From positions 36,704,001 to 36,768,000 of the forward strand of contig OZ024743.1 in NCBI GenBank assembly GCA_964016885.1: 64,000 nucleotides of DNA, written 5' to 3'. Made by a program: the position numbers and the translations under genes. Within the stretch, counting starts at the first letter, position 1; each line of letters opens with the position of its first letter. This document shows, piece after piece, positions 35,167 through 48,551 of this stretch. Source of the stretch: Eledone cirrhosa (taxonomy: Eukaryota). Below the pieces are notes generated by a model. That model made no database searches. It was not told where the DNA came from and worked only from the letters and a program-made list of their open reading frames with translations.

Positions 35167-36572
35167 ATCATCATCATCATCATCATCATCATCGTTTAAC
35201 GTCCATCTTCCATACTTGCATGGGTTTGGACGGGAGTTTTCCCACTTGAGGCAAGAGTGGTTGTCTTGCTCGCATAGGACTGTCTGGCGGGTTTTCTACG
35301 GCTGGATGCCCCTCCTAACACCAACCACGTTTACAGTGTGGACTGGGAGGTTTTTACCGTGTTACCTACACGGCCACATTACAGCGTGGACTGTTTTTTT
35401 GTCGTGACACCCACACAACCTCATTTATTTCGGACTGGACGTTGTGGTACCAACATAACTTTACATCGAAAGGGGTGATGTGGATGGAGTGGGGGTAGTG
35501 GGACGGGGGTGTATTTTTGTTAAGAGGTGCCTACTGACTGTAGGTTTCGCTTTGTACTTAGGCAAGGTGGGTCTTCTGTATTACTGTGTAGCACCAAAGA
35601 TCTTGGTCCAGTGACATTGTCTTGGAGAGGTGTAAGTGTGTGAGGTCGGAATTTATCAAGTCATCCCAGGTTTTTCTGGGTCTGCCTACTCCATGGCTAC
35701 CGTCTATTTTTATCACCCTGCACTTTTTTATACAGCTGTCGTCTTTCATGTTCATCACGTGACCATACCAACGTAGTCTTCTCTCGAGTAAACAACATCT
35801 GATCCCTCTTATTCCTAATTTCTCCCTTAGTTCATTTATGCTTTGCGGTTCACGTATATTACTATTACACATCCAACGGAGCATGCAAGCTTCGTTCCTC
35901 TCCAGTCTGCGTATATCCTCTGCACACAATGCCCAAGTCTCACTGCCATGTAACATTGCTGTTCGTATGCAGGCATCATACAGCCTGCCTTTCATTTTTA
36001 GAGAGAAACCTTTAGCGGCCAATAGTGGTATAAGCTCTCTGAACCTTTTCCACCCGTTCTGACTCTAGCTACTGTACTTTCAGAGCACCCTCCACCACTG
36101 CTGATTTTGTCACCCAGGTAATGGAAGCTGTCCACTATTTCTATAGAACCATTTGTGCAATGGAATGAGCTAGTATCCTGTGGGCACTTGCTGCTACTTA
36201 TTGCACCTGAGCACCGGCCACATATAAAATCTATATTCTTAGTTAGCTTACCTGTGATCCCACTACATCTTTTATGCACTCATACTTTGCATTTGGGACA
36301 TAAAATGGAGTTTCTGCCTACTCCTTTCCTACACACTGAGCATGGCCATTTCCCATTTGGACCAGTGCCCTATTTTCCTTCCTACAAACTAGAACTTTAG
36401 TCTTAGACAGGTTAATTTTAAGGCCTTTTGATTCTAGGCCATGCTTCCATGTTTGGAATTTCTTCTCTAGTTCAGCCATTCATTCAGCTATGAGCGTTAG
36501 ATCATCTGCGTATAGGAGTTCCCTTGGGCAGCCGATCTTGAACTCTGTTATAGCCTGAAGGGCGATAATGAA
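35167..36572 (-). mobile_element. RTE-clade LINE, 3' portion with (GAT)n tail
   Basis: Minus strand ELLYADDL, HYLG, KGRLYDACIRTAMLHGSETW, RRLRWYGHV, GRPRKTW. Frameshifted. Tail (CAT)n at 35167-35193 on the plus strand. Confidence 0.88.
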
Positions 36573-36844
36573 CGACCCCATTCTGTATGACTTGGTTTAC
36601 TATCCGGGTGACCATAGTGTATGTATATATGTATGCAAATAAGACTGTTGATTATCCTAACTCCTCAACAAAACACTCAAATTCCATCGATCAACATCCC
36701 TACATTCTGTAAACCAATCACTGACATATGACATCCCATCAATCTGAAAGATGCAGGCAAAATTAAAAGAAAGAAAAAAGTATTTATTGAATTAGACTCA
36801 GCCATCCATTGCTAATCTAAATCTAAAGTTTGTCTTAAGCCAGA

Positions 36845-37090
36845 AGGCTCGTTAGGCTGGTGCTTATCCTGGTTCCATGGCATGAAGTGAGTGAGAGCAC
36901 AAGACGCCAGTCCATTGCAGGGTTAAACTCCCAGATATTTCTGGTACTCATTTTCAGATGAGTATACTGGAGCAACATGAAATGAAGTGTTTTGCTCAGG
37001 AACACAACACGCAATCCAGCCCAGGAATCAAACCCACAACATTATGATCACAAGTCCAACACCCTTACCACTAGGTCACATGCCTCCACT
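36845..37090 (-). mobile_element. Second tRNA-derived SINE family (CORE-like), antisense
   Basis: The minus strand begins GGAGGCATGTGACCTAGTGGTAAGG...GGTTTGATTCCTGG. A related copy is at ~62040-62260. Confidence 0.6.
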
Positions 37091-37277
37091 CATCCATTGC
37101 TTACTTGACTTAATTAAGGAAAAATAACTTCAGATAAAGTAAATCAATATTTTATATTTTTTTCATTTTTATTTCAGAAATACTGTTCCTGGTATTCTTA
37201 CCAAAGTGATTATTCTGTGTGAAAACTAAAACTTCCAGTGAAAAGATAATTGATTTAAGAATTTTCTTACAGAAATC

Positions 37278-38546
37278 ATGAAGACTAATATTAACATTGA
37301 TGTATTTCAGTGTGGAATATGCCAGAAATACTTTTCTGACAGCCATAGTTTGAAAGTTCACATGGAGGTGCACCCAGTCAAGAAACTATACTTCTGTGAT
37401 GTATGTGGCATATCATGTGTCGAAGAATATCTCTTGAACAATCATATGAAAATCCATACTGGAGAAAGGCCATACATATGTGATATATGTGGTAAAGATT
37501 TTGTGAAAAAATCTCAACTGAAGAAGCATTCGGAAATACACACCAGTGACAGACTATTTCACTGTGATATTTGTGGCAAGAATTTTGTCCATGCATCTTC
37601 TTTAAAAAAGCATGTTCGAGTGCATACTGGAGAGAAACCATTCCAGTGTAATGTATGTGGGAAAGAATTTGTGCAGAATTGTCATTTGAAACAGCATCAG
37701 AGATTGCATACTGGTGAGAAACCATTTCATTGTGACTTTTGTGGCAAAGACTTTGTACGTGGTTCTGATTTTAAGATCCATACTCGAAGACACACTGGAG
37801 AAAAACCATTTATTTGTAATATATGTGGGAAAGATTTTGTTGATGGATCTTCTCTAAGAAGTCACATACGAATACACACAGGGGAAAGGCCATATCATTG
37901 TGACATATGTGGCAAGGATTTTGTAATTTCTTCTTCATTAAAGAAACATATAAAGACTCATACTGGAGAGAAATTTTTCTATTGTAAAGTATGCAAAAAG
38001 AAATTTGTTCAGGCATTTTCTTTGAAAATCCACATGAAAATTCACACCGGGGAAAACGCATTTAATTGTGAAGTGTGTGGGAGAGATTTTCAGGATAGTT
38101 ATGATTTAAAAATGCACATGAAAAGTCACACTGGAGAGAAACCTTTCCACTGTGATATATGTGGTAAAGACTTCCTCCATGAGTTTTCATTTAAGAGTCA
38201 TATAAAAATACATGAAGCAGATAAGCCATTTCAATGTGAAAATGATTTTTACCAAACATCCAACTCACAAGAACACACGAATATATATACCAAGAAAAAA
38301 ACTTTCCATTGTGAAATATGTGGTGACGATTTTTTAGAAGAATTTGGCTTGGAAAAGCACATAAAGATCCATACAGAAGAGAAGCCATTTCAATGTAATT
38401 TATGTGGAAATGACTGTGTTGAAGCTTCCATTTTGAGAATCCATATCCAAGGCCATTTGGAAGATAAACCTCTCATTTGTGAAACCTGTGGAGATGAGTT
38501 TCTCTTTGAATGTGACTTAGAAAAACATGTAGATATACATGTATGA
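37278..38546 (+). CDS. Multi-C2H2 zinc-finger protein, 422 aa (14 intact fingers and 1 degenerate)
   Basis: Tandem CX2CX12HX3H fingers with TGE(K/R)P linkers. An upstream splice acceptor TTTTATTTCAG ending at 37178 suggests a separate 5' UTR exon. Confidence 0.93.
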   Translation: MKTNINIDVFQCGICQKYFSDSHSLKVHMEVHPVKKLYFCDVCGISCVEEYLLNNHMKIHTGERPYICDICGKDFVKKSQLKKHSEIHTSDRLFHCDICGKNFVHASSLKKHVRVHTGEKPFQCNVCGKEFVQNCHLKQHQRLHTGEKPFHCDFCGKDFVRGSDFKIHTRRHTGEKPFICNICGKDFVDGSSLRSHIRIHTGERPYHCDICGKDFVISSSLKKHIKTHTGEKFFYCKVCKKKFVQAFSLKIHMKIHTGENAFNCEVCGRDFQDSYDLKMHMKSHTGEKPFHCDICGKDFLHEFSFKSHIKIHEADKPFQCENDFYQTSNSQEHTNIYTKKKTFHCEICGDDFLEEFGLEKHIKIHTEEKPFQCNLCGNDCVEASILRIHIQGHLEDKPLICETCGDEFLFECDLEKHVDIHV

Positions 38547-39229
38547 GCCTCAAGAGTTTCCTTATGAACTATTATATGTTTCCTTTCAGACTCAGACATT
38601 TTTACCAAAATCTTTAGAATATTTCACGACTTAATGTCACCATATACTGGAACCCACAAGAAACACTTCCAGTGTACTTAACCTGCTGAACTAATTGATA
38701 TTGTTCATTTTCAGCAACGACGAAAACGAAATACTGTGAGATTTTCATTGTTGGTATTAAGTTGGAAATCAGATACTTTGTTTTATTAATTTCATACAGC
38801 ATGTCATTTTAACATTTGAATCATTTCTGGGGTGCTAGTCATGGTAAATTTAAATAGGAATGTAGGTTGTGATGATCAAGATTTATGAGACATTCAAGCC
38901 ATGACCATCCTGTATTCTCTTAGGCACATTGCACTTTTAGTACCACATTATCCAATGTGTTCTATTTTAACATGGTAGGGTGTGATTTGAAAGTGATATA
39001 GCTGTTATTTCTAGCATGTTATTCAACAGATGCTCTGAAATTATAGTGATGTCAGTGTTGATGATAATAATTGTGGTAGTAAGGTGGTTGGTAGTGATGG
39101 TGATGATAGTAATGGTATTGATAATGATAATAATTGGAGTGATGAGAATGATAGTGATGTCAGTGATAAACAAGGTTGAAAATAATTTCTTCTTTACCGA
39201 TAGTAGTAACTCCCTGTCATTCTCGTTAA

Positions 39230-40130
39230 ACCAGTCCTAGTGTTTGTGTTTTGAAAACCACATCGGCACAGATATTATACACTGACTTCTTAAAGATTTT
39301 CTAGTTATTTTCACATTCCATCTCGTCCAGTTGCTGGACAAGTTAGGCTTTGATCTCAGGGTTTTTCAGGCGGATAATATCCAACTTCTTTGGAAGTGTG
39401 ACACCCTTGCACTTAATCCTTGGCTTTATTACAAACTTAACCATTCCTCTGACAAGCCTATGGTCAGTGCAGTATCCAGCACCATGCATTGTGTAAATGA
39501 TGCACACATCACAAAAGTCACACCTGCAAGCTATGAAATAGTCTATTAGATGCCACTGTTTGGAGCCAGGATGCATCCATGTGGTTTTATACTTATCTTT
39601 CATTTGGAACATAATATTGCAAATACATAAATCAAGTTTGGTGCCTATTTGAAGCAGATGCATCCCATTGCTATTGCTTTTTTTTCACACCATGTTCACC
39701 AAGAGCCACCCATGCCTCAGAATCCATATCTATTTAAACAACTTCTTTTAGAGACTTGTAGAAGAAAGCCTTCCCTTTTTTGGTGTAGACATAGTGGGAG
39801 CATAAATACCAACAAGGGTTGCATATTGGCCATTCACTAACAGAAGTGTCATTAACGCCACAGGGAAATTCATCCAGACACAATACAAAAGTTGTTTTCA
39901 CTGCCAAAGCTACACAAGACTCTCACTTATACTCTTCCCCTTTACCACTCCAGTAAAAGGTGTAACTGCTGGCCTGTTTCATATAATGACCATTGCCTAA
40001 GAGCCTTGTTTCTGATAGTTATGTCCATATTATAATGCTGCTACTCCTTCACAATGAGTGCAGATCTTTCTAGATGTGATGTTGATTCATTATCTGTTCT
40101 GGAGAAACTGATAGTCATAGTTGTATATTT
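39230..40130 (-). mobile_element. Degenerate RTE/BovB-like endonuclease region
   Basis: Minus-strand peptide KYKTTWMHPGSKQWHLIDY...TDHRLV. Confidence 0.75.
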
Positions 40131-40414
40131 TCTTGCAGTAGCAGGATGCCGATTAGGCATGAGCTGCAGTGTCCCAGGGCATGTGCAGAGGTAGTCCCTT
40201 ACACTACTCCTTTCAGAGCCCTTATTGCTATTGACTTTAACAATGTTATTAGCCTTCATTGAATTTGGATTGCTGTTTTAGACTACAGCTAGCCATTTTG
40301 CTATAAATCTGCACTTATATGATGTTTTATGTAACTCCAGGATCCAGAATACTCTGGGAATGCACTTATTTTCTTCCATCTGACAGCTACTCAAACCCTC
40401 TACTTCAAGCTTAA

Positions 40415-40637
40415 CCCTTTCGTGACCACATTTCTAATGAAATAACTCTAATTAATTAATGAAGAATTTTGAGGGATTTACTAACATTAATTTTTTCATT
40501 ACTAAGATAGTAACTTAATGTAAGGTTCTTACATAAAATTATGCTGGGAGATTTTAATTTAAATTGGAAACCTTTAAAATGGGTGATTTTATTTCATAAC
40601 ACAGAGGCAGTTTTTCGGTGAATTGGTAACTAAAGGG
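40415..40637. mobile_element. piggyBac-like MITE
   Basis: TTAA on both flanks; TIRs CCCTTTCGTGACCA / TGGTAACTAAAGGG. A related copy is at ~60181-60402. Confidence 0.75.
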
Positions 40638-42400
40638 TTAAGCTTTTCAGTCAGTGGACCAATATTCACTTACATCTTTGTAGTTATTAGTTAGTGTCCA
40701 AGTTTCACTACTATAAAGTAGGTTTGTTGTATTATAACTTGGAGGAATTTGGTAGTCAAGAACACCAGATTCTGTCAAGCTTATTGCATGCCGACCATGC
40801 CTGGGCTTTTTTGATGTTGAAATCTTTTCCAGAGTCCAAGAACCAAGGTACTTAAAATCATTTCCACCTTGTGCTTTGAGCATATGAATTTGAAATGTAC
40901 TTAGTCTTGCTTTCATTGAGATGAAGACCAACAAGCACAGCTGCTCCTTGGATATTCATTAGATGGTGTTGTCTTAATGTCCTTCCATATCATCTGGAGT
41001 GTTGTGCTCTTGTTTCCAAGCCATCCATTGTTAGGTTTGCCTAGTCACCACTGAGTCGGGATCCCACCAGAAGTCTTATTTCTAGATTTAACAGGGTCTC
41101 GAAGGGATTTTAGCTTGGTCCATGAATAACACAGGTATGCTTCTCGCTCTCATGCTCTTTCCTAAATTAAGCAATCCTTCCAGTACCATCAAGTTTATGG
41201 TTAACTTTTTCCATATGGCTATTATGAATTCCATTTCATGCATTCTAAGTATGTTAAAAAAAATCTTTCATAATGTGTCTACTGAATGTTATGATTTATT
41301 GTTCTCGAAGACTTTCCAATCCATTACCTTAAACTTCTCTTGAAATGTCTTGTTTAAACATTTTATTCTTTCATATTCGAGAACTTTCTTCATGACTGTC
41401 ATGCGACAAAGCTCTCATGAAATTCTCATTATTCAGTCTGTTCAACCAGTACATCTTCATATCCAATTCCAAGCAAAAGTTTCTACTGGTTAATTTTTTT
41501 GTTGTGGTCCTGTTCGCTCTTGTTACTTCTGTTCAGTTGGTGTGTCCACAGAAGCACATAGGGCCATTCCAGAGATACATCAATGCATTATTTATATATA
41601 TATATCACCATCATCATTTTTACGTCTGCTTTTACATACTTGCATGGCTTGGACAGTGCAATATATATATATATATATATATATAGACATACACACATGT
41701 CTGTGTGTGTGTGTGTGCTATGATAACAAACCCATACCCCAAGTTTTTATACTATCTTGTCTTAATACTTGTACTTATCAATTGGTGAAAAGAATAACTA
41801 TATATTATAGTTCTTTATCTGAAAATTTCCAAATCTAAAAAAAAAAATTTAGTGAGCAAATTTATATAAATCTTAGGTAATTTTAAAACTGTTTCACCCT
41901 GATTTTAGTGATCTTGGGAGTAAAACAAAAGTGCTTTTAGTTTTGTTAAAGTGATTTCTGCATGGATTTGTTGTTCCATAATGTAAAAGTAATTTGATTT
42001 GCTGTAAATTACACATATGTGCCTGGGGGTAGTCAAGCATTGACCAGAAATTCTCTTCGGTATACTTAACAATATTTCTTTCATTTCTTTAAAATTATAG
42101 TCGCTATAACAATGTTGTCTTCATCTGTTCCAAAGTCTTATTACTTATTAGCCTTCATTGAATTTGGATTGGTGTTTTAGACTACAGCCAGCCCTTTTGC
42201 TATAGAGCAGAAAGATACTGAAAATGATCAAGTGATACCGCTCAAAACTTTCTTAATTGAGGAAAGGTCATGCACAGGACCAATCACACTCTCTGAACAG
42301 CAAAAAGAAGAACAAGTCAACATCTTTGGCTGCTGTCAAGTCCCAGATGGGCTTACTACCTGCCCGAGCACCAACCCAGGAATTTCTACGATCTCATGCA

Positions 42401-42434
<34 letters not shown>

Positions 42435-42589
42435 TGTTTACTTGTGAGACAAGCATGACAGTCGCTGACAGGTTGACTTGTAACTTATTGTTCCTACAAA
42501 TCTGAGATCAACAATGACTTAATCTGGTGAGGGACTTAGTTTGCTGCTAACACTGCAAACTAACTAATTCCTTTTTTTTAGCCTGATGG

Positions 42590-44450
42590 TTAGGCCTCTC
42601 GGGTGGAGAATCATTATGGGTTTTCAAATGTTTCATGAGTTGGGAGCGGCTCTTGCAAACTTTGACGCATACATCTCAGGTAAGCGGTTCTGCAATAACA
42701 AATTGAGCAAAATCTGTTGGCAGGTTGTCAATGTGACTCCTGGCCTTAAAGACCTGTGTTTAACAACTATATTCGGCCACACTCATGGCAAACAAACTGG
42801 GGAACAGCTGGGTCTACTTCCCCTACCTTGGTCTTTCTTTGCCCAGCTTATTGACTTTGCATGGAATGAGCATTACCCTTTGTATATTTTTCTCCACTTG
42901 TTTCTGTTGCCAGCCTGTACTTCCCAGTTGTGAAAGTCAAGATTGAATTGCAACAGTGAGTCTTTGACCGAAATGCTTCTTTGCTAAGGCTGTTTTCCTT
43001 CAGTCAGCTCACCGTAAAGCATCTGCTTGGGGATCATCATCATCGTTTAACGTCTATCTTCCACGCTAGCATGGGTTTAGACGGAAATGGTCCCACGTGA
43101 GGCAAGATTGGTTGTCTTCCTCGTATAGGACTGTCTGGTGGGTTTTCTACGGCTGGATGCCCTTCCTAACACCAACCACATTTACAGTGTGGACTGGGAG
43201 GTTTTTGCCGTGTTACCTACACGCCCACATTACAGCGTGGGCTGTGTTTTTTTTTTTTTGTCGTGATACCTACACAACCTCATTTATTTAGGACTGGATG
43301 CTGTGGCACCAACATAACTTTACAGAGAAAGGGGTGGTGTAGGTGGGGGTAGGGGTAGTGGGGTGGGGATGTGTTTTTGGTTATGAGGTGCCTACTGACT
43401 GTAGGTTTCGCTTTGTACTTAGGCAAAGCGGGTCTTCTGTATTACTGCGTAGCATGCAAGCTTCGTTCCTCCAGTCTGCGTATATTCTCTGCACACAATG
43501 CCCAAGTCTCACTGCCATGTAACATTGCTGTTCGTATGCAGGCATCATACAGCCTGTTTTTCATTTTTAGAGAGAACCCTTTAGCGGCCAATAGTGGTAT
43601 AAGCTTTCTGAACTTTTTCCATCCCGTTCTGACTCTAGCTACTGTATTTTCAGAGCACCCTCCACCACTGCTGGTTTTGTCACCCAGGTAACAAGGTGTC
43701 CACTATTTCTATAGAACCATCTGGGCAATGGAAGGAGCTAGTATCCTGTGTACACTTACTACTACTTATTGCACCTGAGCACCGGTCACATATAAAATCT
43801 ATGTTCTTAGTTAGTTTACCTGTGATCCCACTACATCTTTTATGCACCCATACTTTGCATTTGGGGCATAAGATGGAGTTTCTGCCTACTCCTTTCCTAC
43901 ACACTGAGCATGGCCATTTCCCAGATGGGACCAGTGCCCTATTTTCTTTCCTACATACTAGAACTTTAGTCTTAGACAAGTTAATTTTAAGGCCTTTTGA
44001 TTCTAGGCCATGCTTCCATGTTTGGAATTTCTTCTCTAGTTCAGCCATTGATTCAGCTATGAGCGTTAGATCATCTGCGTATAGAAGTTCCCATGGGCAA
44101 CCGGTCTTGAACTCTTCTGTTATAGCCTGAAGGGCAATAATAAATAGGAGGGGGCTAAGGACAGAGCCCTGATGAACACTGAAGCCGCATCAGATGTCTT
44201 GCCCAACAAAGGCAGTGCTTATGTATATCAGCTTATATGCTGAATGATCAGCTCATTCCAGTACCTTTGTATCTGGAACATGTGAGATCCAGTAAATGCC
44301 CAAGATCAATCTTAGGAAGCTCTGGTGGAAGCATTCTATTAGGTTTTAATGTTTCCTGTAAGCCACCCAGGTTTTGCAAGAGTAAAGCAGGCTTGTAAGA
44401 ACACAGGCATTATAGACATCCATCTTCATAATTTTTCAAGACTTTCTATG
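42590..44450 (-). mobile_element. Old RTE/BovB-like 3' remnant, split by a younger RTE insertion
   Basis: LTSLLYSCKTW...HLMRL at 44181-44450 continues as PKQMLYGELTEGK below 43033. Confidence 0.65.
43034..44180 (-). mobile_element. RTE-clade LINE 3' portion (same family as 35167)
   Basis: VHQGSVLSPLLF, YADDL, Cys/His cluster and (GAT)n tail. About 290 bp are deleted relative to the 35-kb copy. Confidence 0.88.
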
Positions 44451-44559
44451 ATCACATGTGTGTATATATATATATATATATATATTTATACATGCTAGCA
44501 TGGAAGAACGGATGTAAAACGGTGATGATGATGATGATGATGTGTGTGTATGTGTTTAA

Positions 44560-45420
44560 AAGGTAAACAGAAATAACAACACAATCGGTACAGTACATGT
44601 AAGGAATATGTTAGGTTAACGCTTGAAATAGCAGGAAGAGGGTCTTAACGTTTCAGAAGAAAGAATGAGAAATTAGATAGATTGGGGTGGAATTGAAAAA
44701 ATGTCTTTAGATAAAAATAACAAGTCCATTCATGTTGCCATCTCTTGGAAAACTGTTGATGCTGGTGTTTTGTGTATGATTTGTTTTTTAGAAAAGTGGA
44801 TGATGGAGTGTGTATACCTGAAATGGAAAAAAAAAACGTTTTGTATAAAGAGCTATACTTGTGTATGTGTGTGTGTTATATGTCCATATGAAGCTAAGAG
44901 GATATGTGTGTGTAAGTAAAAGTGTGTGTGCTTGTAAGTACGAAGCTATGAGCAAAAGTATGTTAGTATAAGGGTGTGTGTGTATACAGAGCTGTGAAGG
45001 GAAAAGTGGAGTGTGCATATTTTGTTGGTCTGTATTAGCTGTAAGAGTATAGGTTTCTGACCATAAGAGCCAGAGGAATCTAGAGGTAAATGTAAAAGTG
45101 TGTGATAACGGACGGGGTAGTAAAGAAATTGGGGAGGGGAGTTGACTCTATATATATTTTGAAAAAAGGAAAAGAATGACTTCACTTATAGTTCTAAACA
45201 ATTTAATTTTATAATATTACAATTTTGCTATGTAGATCTGGTAAGTTCTTTGTTAAATTCGGTGGGAAATTTTTAAAGATTCCTGGTTAACTTTCTCGCA
45301 TTCGTCGGTGGCAATTGTGAAACTGATCTAAAGTTGCGTTGTGAAGTCATTCCTTTCCTTTTTTCAAATATACCTAACTGTACCAAGGATTTCCCACATT
45401 TTCCAATATATATGTATATA

Positions 45421-45465
<45 letters not shown>

Positions 45466-45560
45466 GGAATATATTAGTTTAACACTTGAAATAACAGGAA
45501 GAGCGTCGTAATGTTTTAAGAGATGAAGACCAACAAGCACAGCTGCTTCTTCGATATTTT
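44560..45560 (-). mobile_element. Possible Penelope-like remnant with repeated ends
   Basis: Direct repeat TTAAC(G/A)CTTGAAATA(G/A)CAGGAAGAG at ~44616 and ~45479 next to (TA)n. No diagnostic domain recognised. Confidence 0.35.
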
Positions 45561-47249
45561 TTAGAAGGTGTCTCCACTGACTGAGTCTGTACTGAAGTGA
45601 GGCTACTTCCACATTCTACCAAATGCATTTTATCATGGCACCAGCACTAGGGGGGTTGTCATATCTTTGACACAACTGGAGCCTCTTCCTAAATTTTGGT
45701 TGGAAAGCTTTCTACGGCTGGATGTCATTCCTATCACCAACCACTTTACAGCATGTACTGGGTGTTTTATCGTATAAATCTCCATTGACACAACTGAGGG
45801 CTCCTCTTTTAGGCATGGTTTCTACAGCATGGGTGCTTTTCCTGTCGCCAACCACCTTACTGGGTAAACTGGCACTATCACTAGACAGGTTGTTGGGACT
45901 ACGTGTTTCTAGGATATTATGATGATAGCATAACATTTGAAATTTTTAACAATATTTAATAAACTATCCTTTATAAAAGAAAGTGCAAAGGAGATCATAT
46001 GATTTTCATTGTTTTTACATATGACTCAAGAGCTACTATGGAGTGGACAAAACTTTTTCAGGTAGTGTTTTACTGCTGAATGTTTTTCCTGTCGCTAAAC
46101 CTTGTAGTCACATCTCATAATATGCAGGGATACAGTGTATCCATTCTTTAAAAAAATATGACCTACATGGCTTGCAGTAATTGTACAGTATTTCAAAATT
46201 TAGAGATGTAGATAAAATATCCGGAAGCCAAGGAGACTGGTGGTTGTCTTGCTTTGGCAAGATGGCAAGAATTGTATTTATTGTTATATAAGTTAAATTA
46301 CTTGCCATATATACTTGTGTAAAAGTTGACCCCCTATTTTTTACAAAAAAAAGAAAATTGGATATTTCCACATTAACCCTAGTTTTTCAAGCACAATAGA
46401 TCGTTTGTGAATAAATGTTACTAAGAGGAAAATAATTTTTCTATGCTATGTTCTGATGTACGCAAGTAGAAATATTTATAAGAGCTATGCAACCTTATGT
46501 GTTTTGGTAGTAAGCAGCATATTTCGATGCATAGAAACATTGGTATTATTGCTGTAATTCATTGTTTTTATTAGAGTCCATTTGGGCTTCTACTTACCAA
46601 TACAATATTTCAAATTGTGTTATAAATTTCAGCCCCCATGTATCCATATAACACTCTACACCATAAATTTTACCTCAAGAAATAGTCTAAAAAATTTGAC
46701 TTTTACATAATTATATATGGTAATTGGTATGCTGTTGTGAAGAGAGATTTCTGACATTTGAGATAAAGTTCTTTGAAGAAGTAAAAAGTTTACTGTATCC
46801 TCCTTGATTTTCTCTTGTCTGGGACTGAAACTTATTCTCACAATAGCATAATTATATGTACTTTTATATCAATATGTATATATGTGTATATAAAGAATAA
46901 GGATAACGAATCACTTGATTCTTGAAGCTTCATTCAAGTTATGTTGGGATTTAATGTGTATATATATATGCATAAAAATCTAACAGACACTTGTTCATAG
47001 TGACTCCATAGAAGTGTCAATATTATGAATTTTACAGCAAACACCAAAGGTTCAGTAATTTAAAAAAAATTATATTGTATCAATGAAAACAATATTAACA
47101 ATGTTGATTTGAAAATATTGTTGGACAGGTTTAGAAATAAAATTGTTTTAACTAACTATAAGGCTTTTCTTTTCTTTATTCTTTTTTTTTTTTTGTTAAA
47201 CTTTTACATTTATGCACATCACATGTCAATATCAGCATAGTCATCTCTC

Positions 47250-47830
47250 TCTTGCACACAAGACTTCCCACTTTACTGACAAACCACTTTTCTACAACAA
47301 AACACTCACAAACCACTATGGTCTCCTCACATGAAACAAAGTATTATGAAAATTGAAGCACTTCAAAGGTCAATCACAAAAAAGATAGACAGTATGACTG
47401 GCCTTGACTATTGGGGTTGACTAGAAAAGCTCAAACTCTACTCCAATGCTGCCATGAGCACTAAATTACCTACATGATGTGCAAAATATTTCATCAATCT
47501 TGTCTAAATGATGTTGGCATCATCTTCAGATACACCTATGGCTTAGACCTCATGCTATCTGCCAACAACAAAAATCAAACTTGCATCCCATAACAATATT
47601 ACAGCACAATTACTTCACCTCAACTGATCTCACTCTCTTTAACATTACACCAGAACATAAAAACAGAAACAGATCCTATAAAGTTCAAAATCTCAGGACA
47701 AATTCCTCCAAAAAATTTTGGATAAACCCCCTACACCTGGATATGTCTCTGAAAACAATATCTCTCTAGTTGAGTGGGCCATGGTATCCTAATCATGATT
47801 TGAATGATATCACCAGGTAGTGCTATTAAG
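47250..47830 (+). mobile_element. Degenerate CR1/Jockey-like LINE 3' remnant
   Basis: KIEALQRSITKKIDSMTGLDYW..LEKLKLYS-like peptide. Confidence 0.5.
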
Positions 47831-48264
47831 TTAGACATGCTATCAAAGTTTTGTATATCTATATAAATAATTCAAGATAAACAAAACAAACAGGGATACA
47901 ATGACACAGTCTTATTAGTTTCACACTTCTATGAAAATGAATGTTTCAACATATTGGACGTTTGTCCTTCATCAGGAAAGAGCAAAGTTTGGAGAATGAG
48001 GAGTATAGAGGTTTAGAAAAAAAAAAGTTTTTGTCAGAATGGGTGAGGTGGGCAGGAAAGTAGTCATGTGTGGTGGTAATGCCATGGTGGACAGTCAGTG
48101 TCTATTATTGGTACTATTATGTGAGTGCAAATGGAGTGCATTTCAGGAGTGTGCAAGCTCTTTGTGTGTGTATACATACGTGTATCTCTGTGAGTTTTTC
48201 TTTTGTCTATGTACATTTGTGTGTGTTTGTGTTATTAATGTGTGCATGTTTAAGTGAGTTTCTT

Positions 48265-48551
48265 TCGATGTAAAGTTATGTTGGTACCACAACATCCAGT
48301 TTGAAATAAATGAGGTCGTGTAGGTGTCACGACAAAAAAACACAGTCCACGCTGTAATGCGGCCGTGTAGGTAACACGGTAAAAACCTCCCAGTCCACAC
48401 TGTAAACATGGTTGGTGTTAGGAAGGGCATCCAGCCGTAGAAAACCCACCAGACCCGCTATACGAGCAAGACAACCAATCTTGCCTCAAGTGGGAAAATT
48501 CCCGTCCAAACCCATGCAAGCGTGGAAAATGGACGTTAAATGATGATGATG
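48265..48551 (+). mobile_element. RTE 3' UTR fragment with (GAT)n tail
   Basis: Reverse complement of ~35190-35470. Confidence 0.85.

Noticed and set aside
47940-47980. Hammerhead ribozyme on the minus strand (CTGATGAAGGACAAACGTCC)
   Set aside because: The GAAA core does not follow stem II, so it is at most a decayed remnant.
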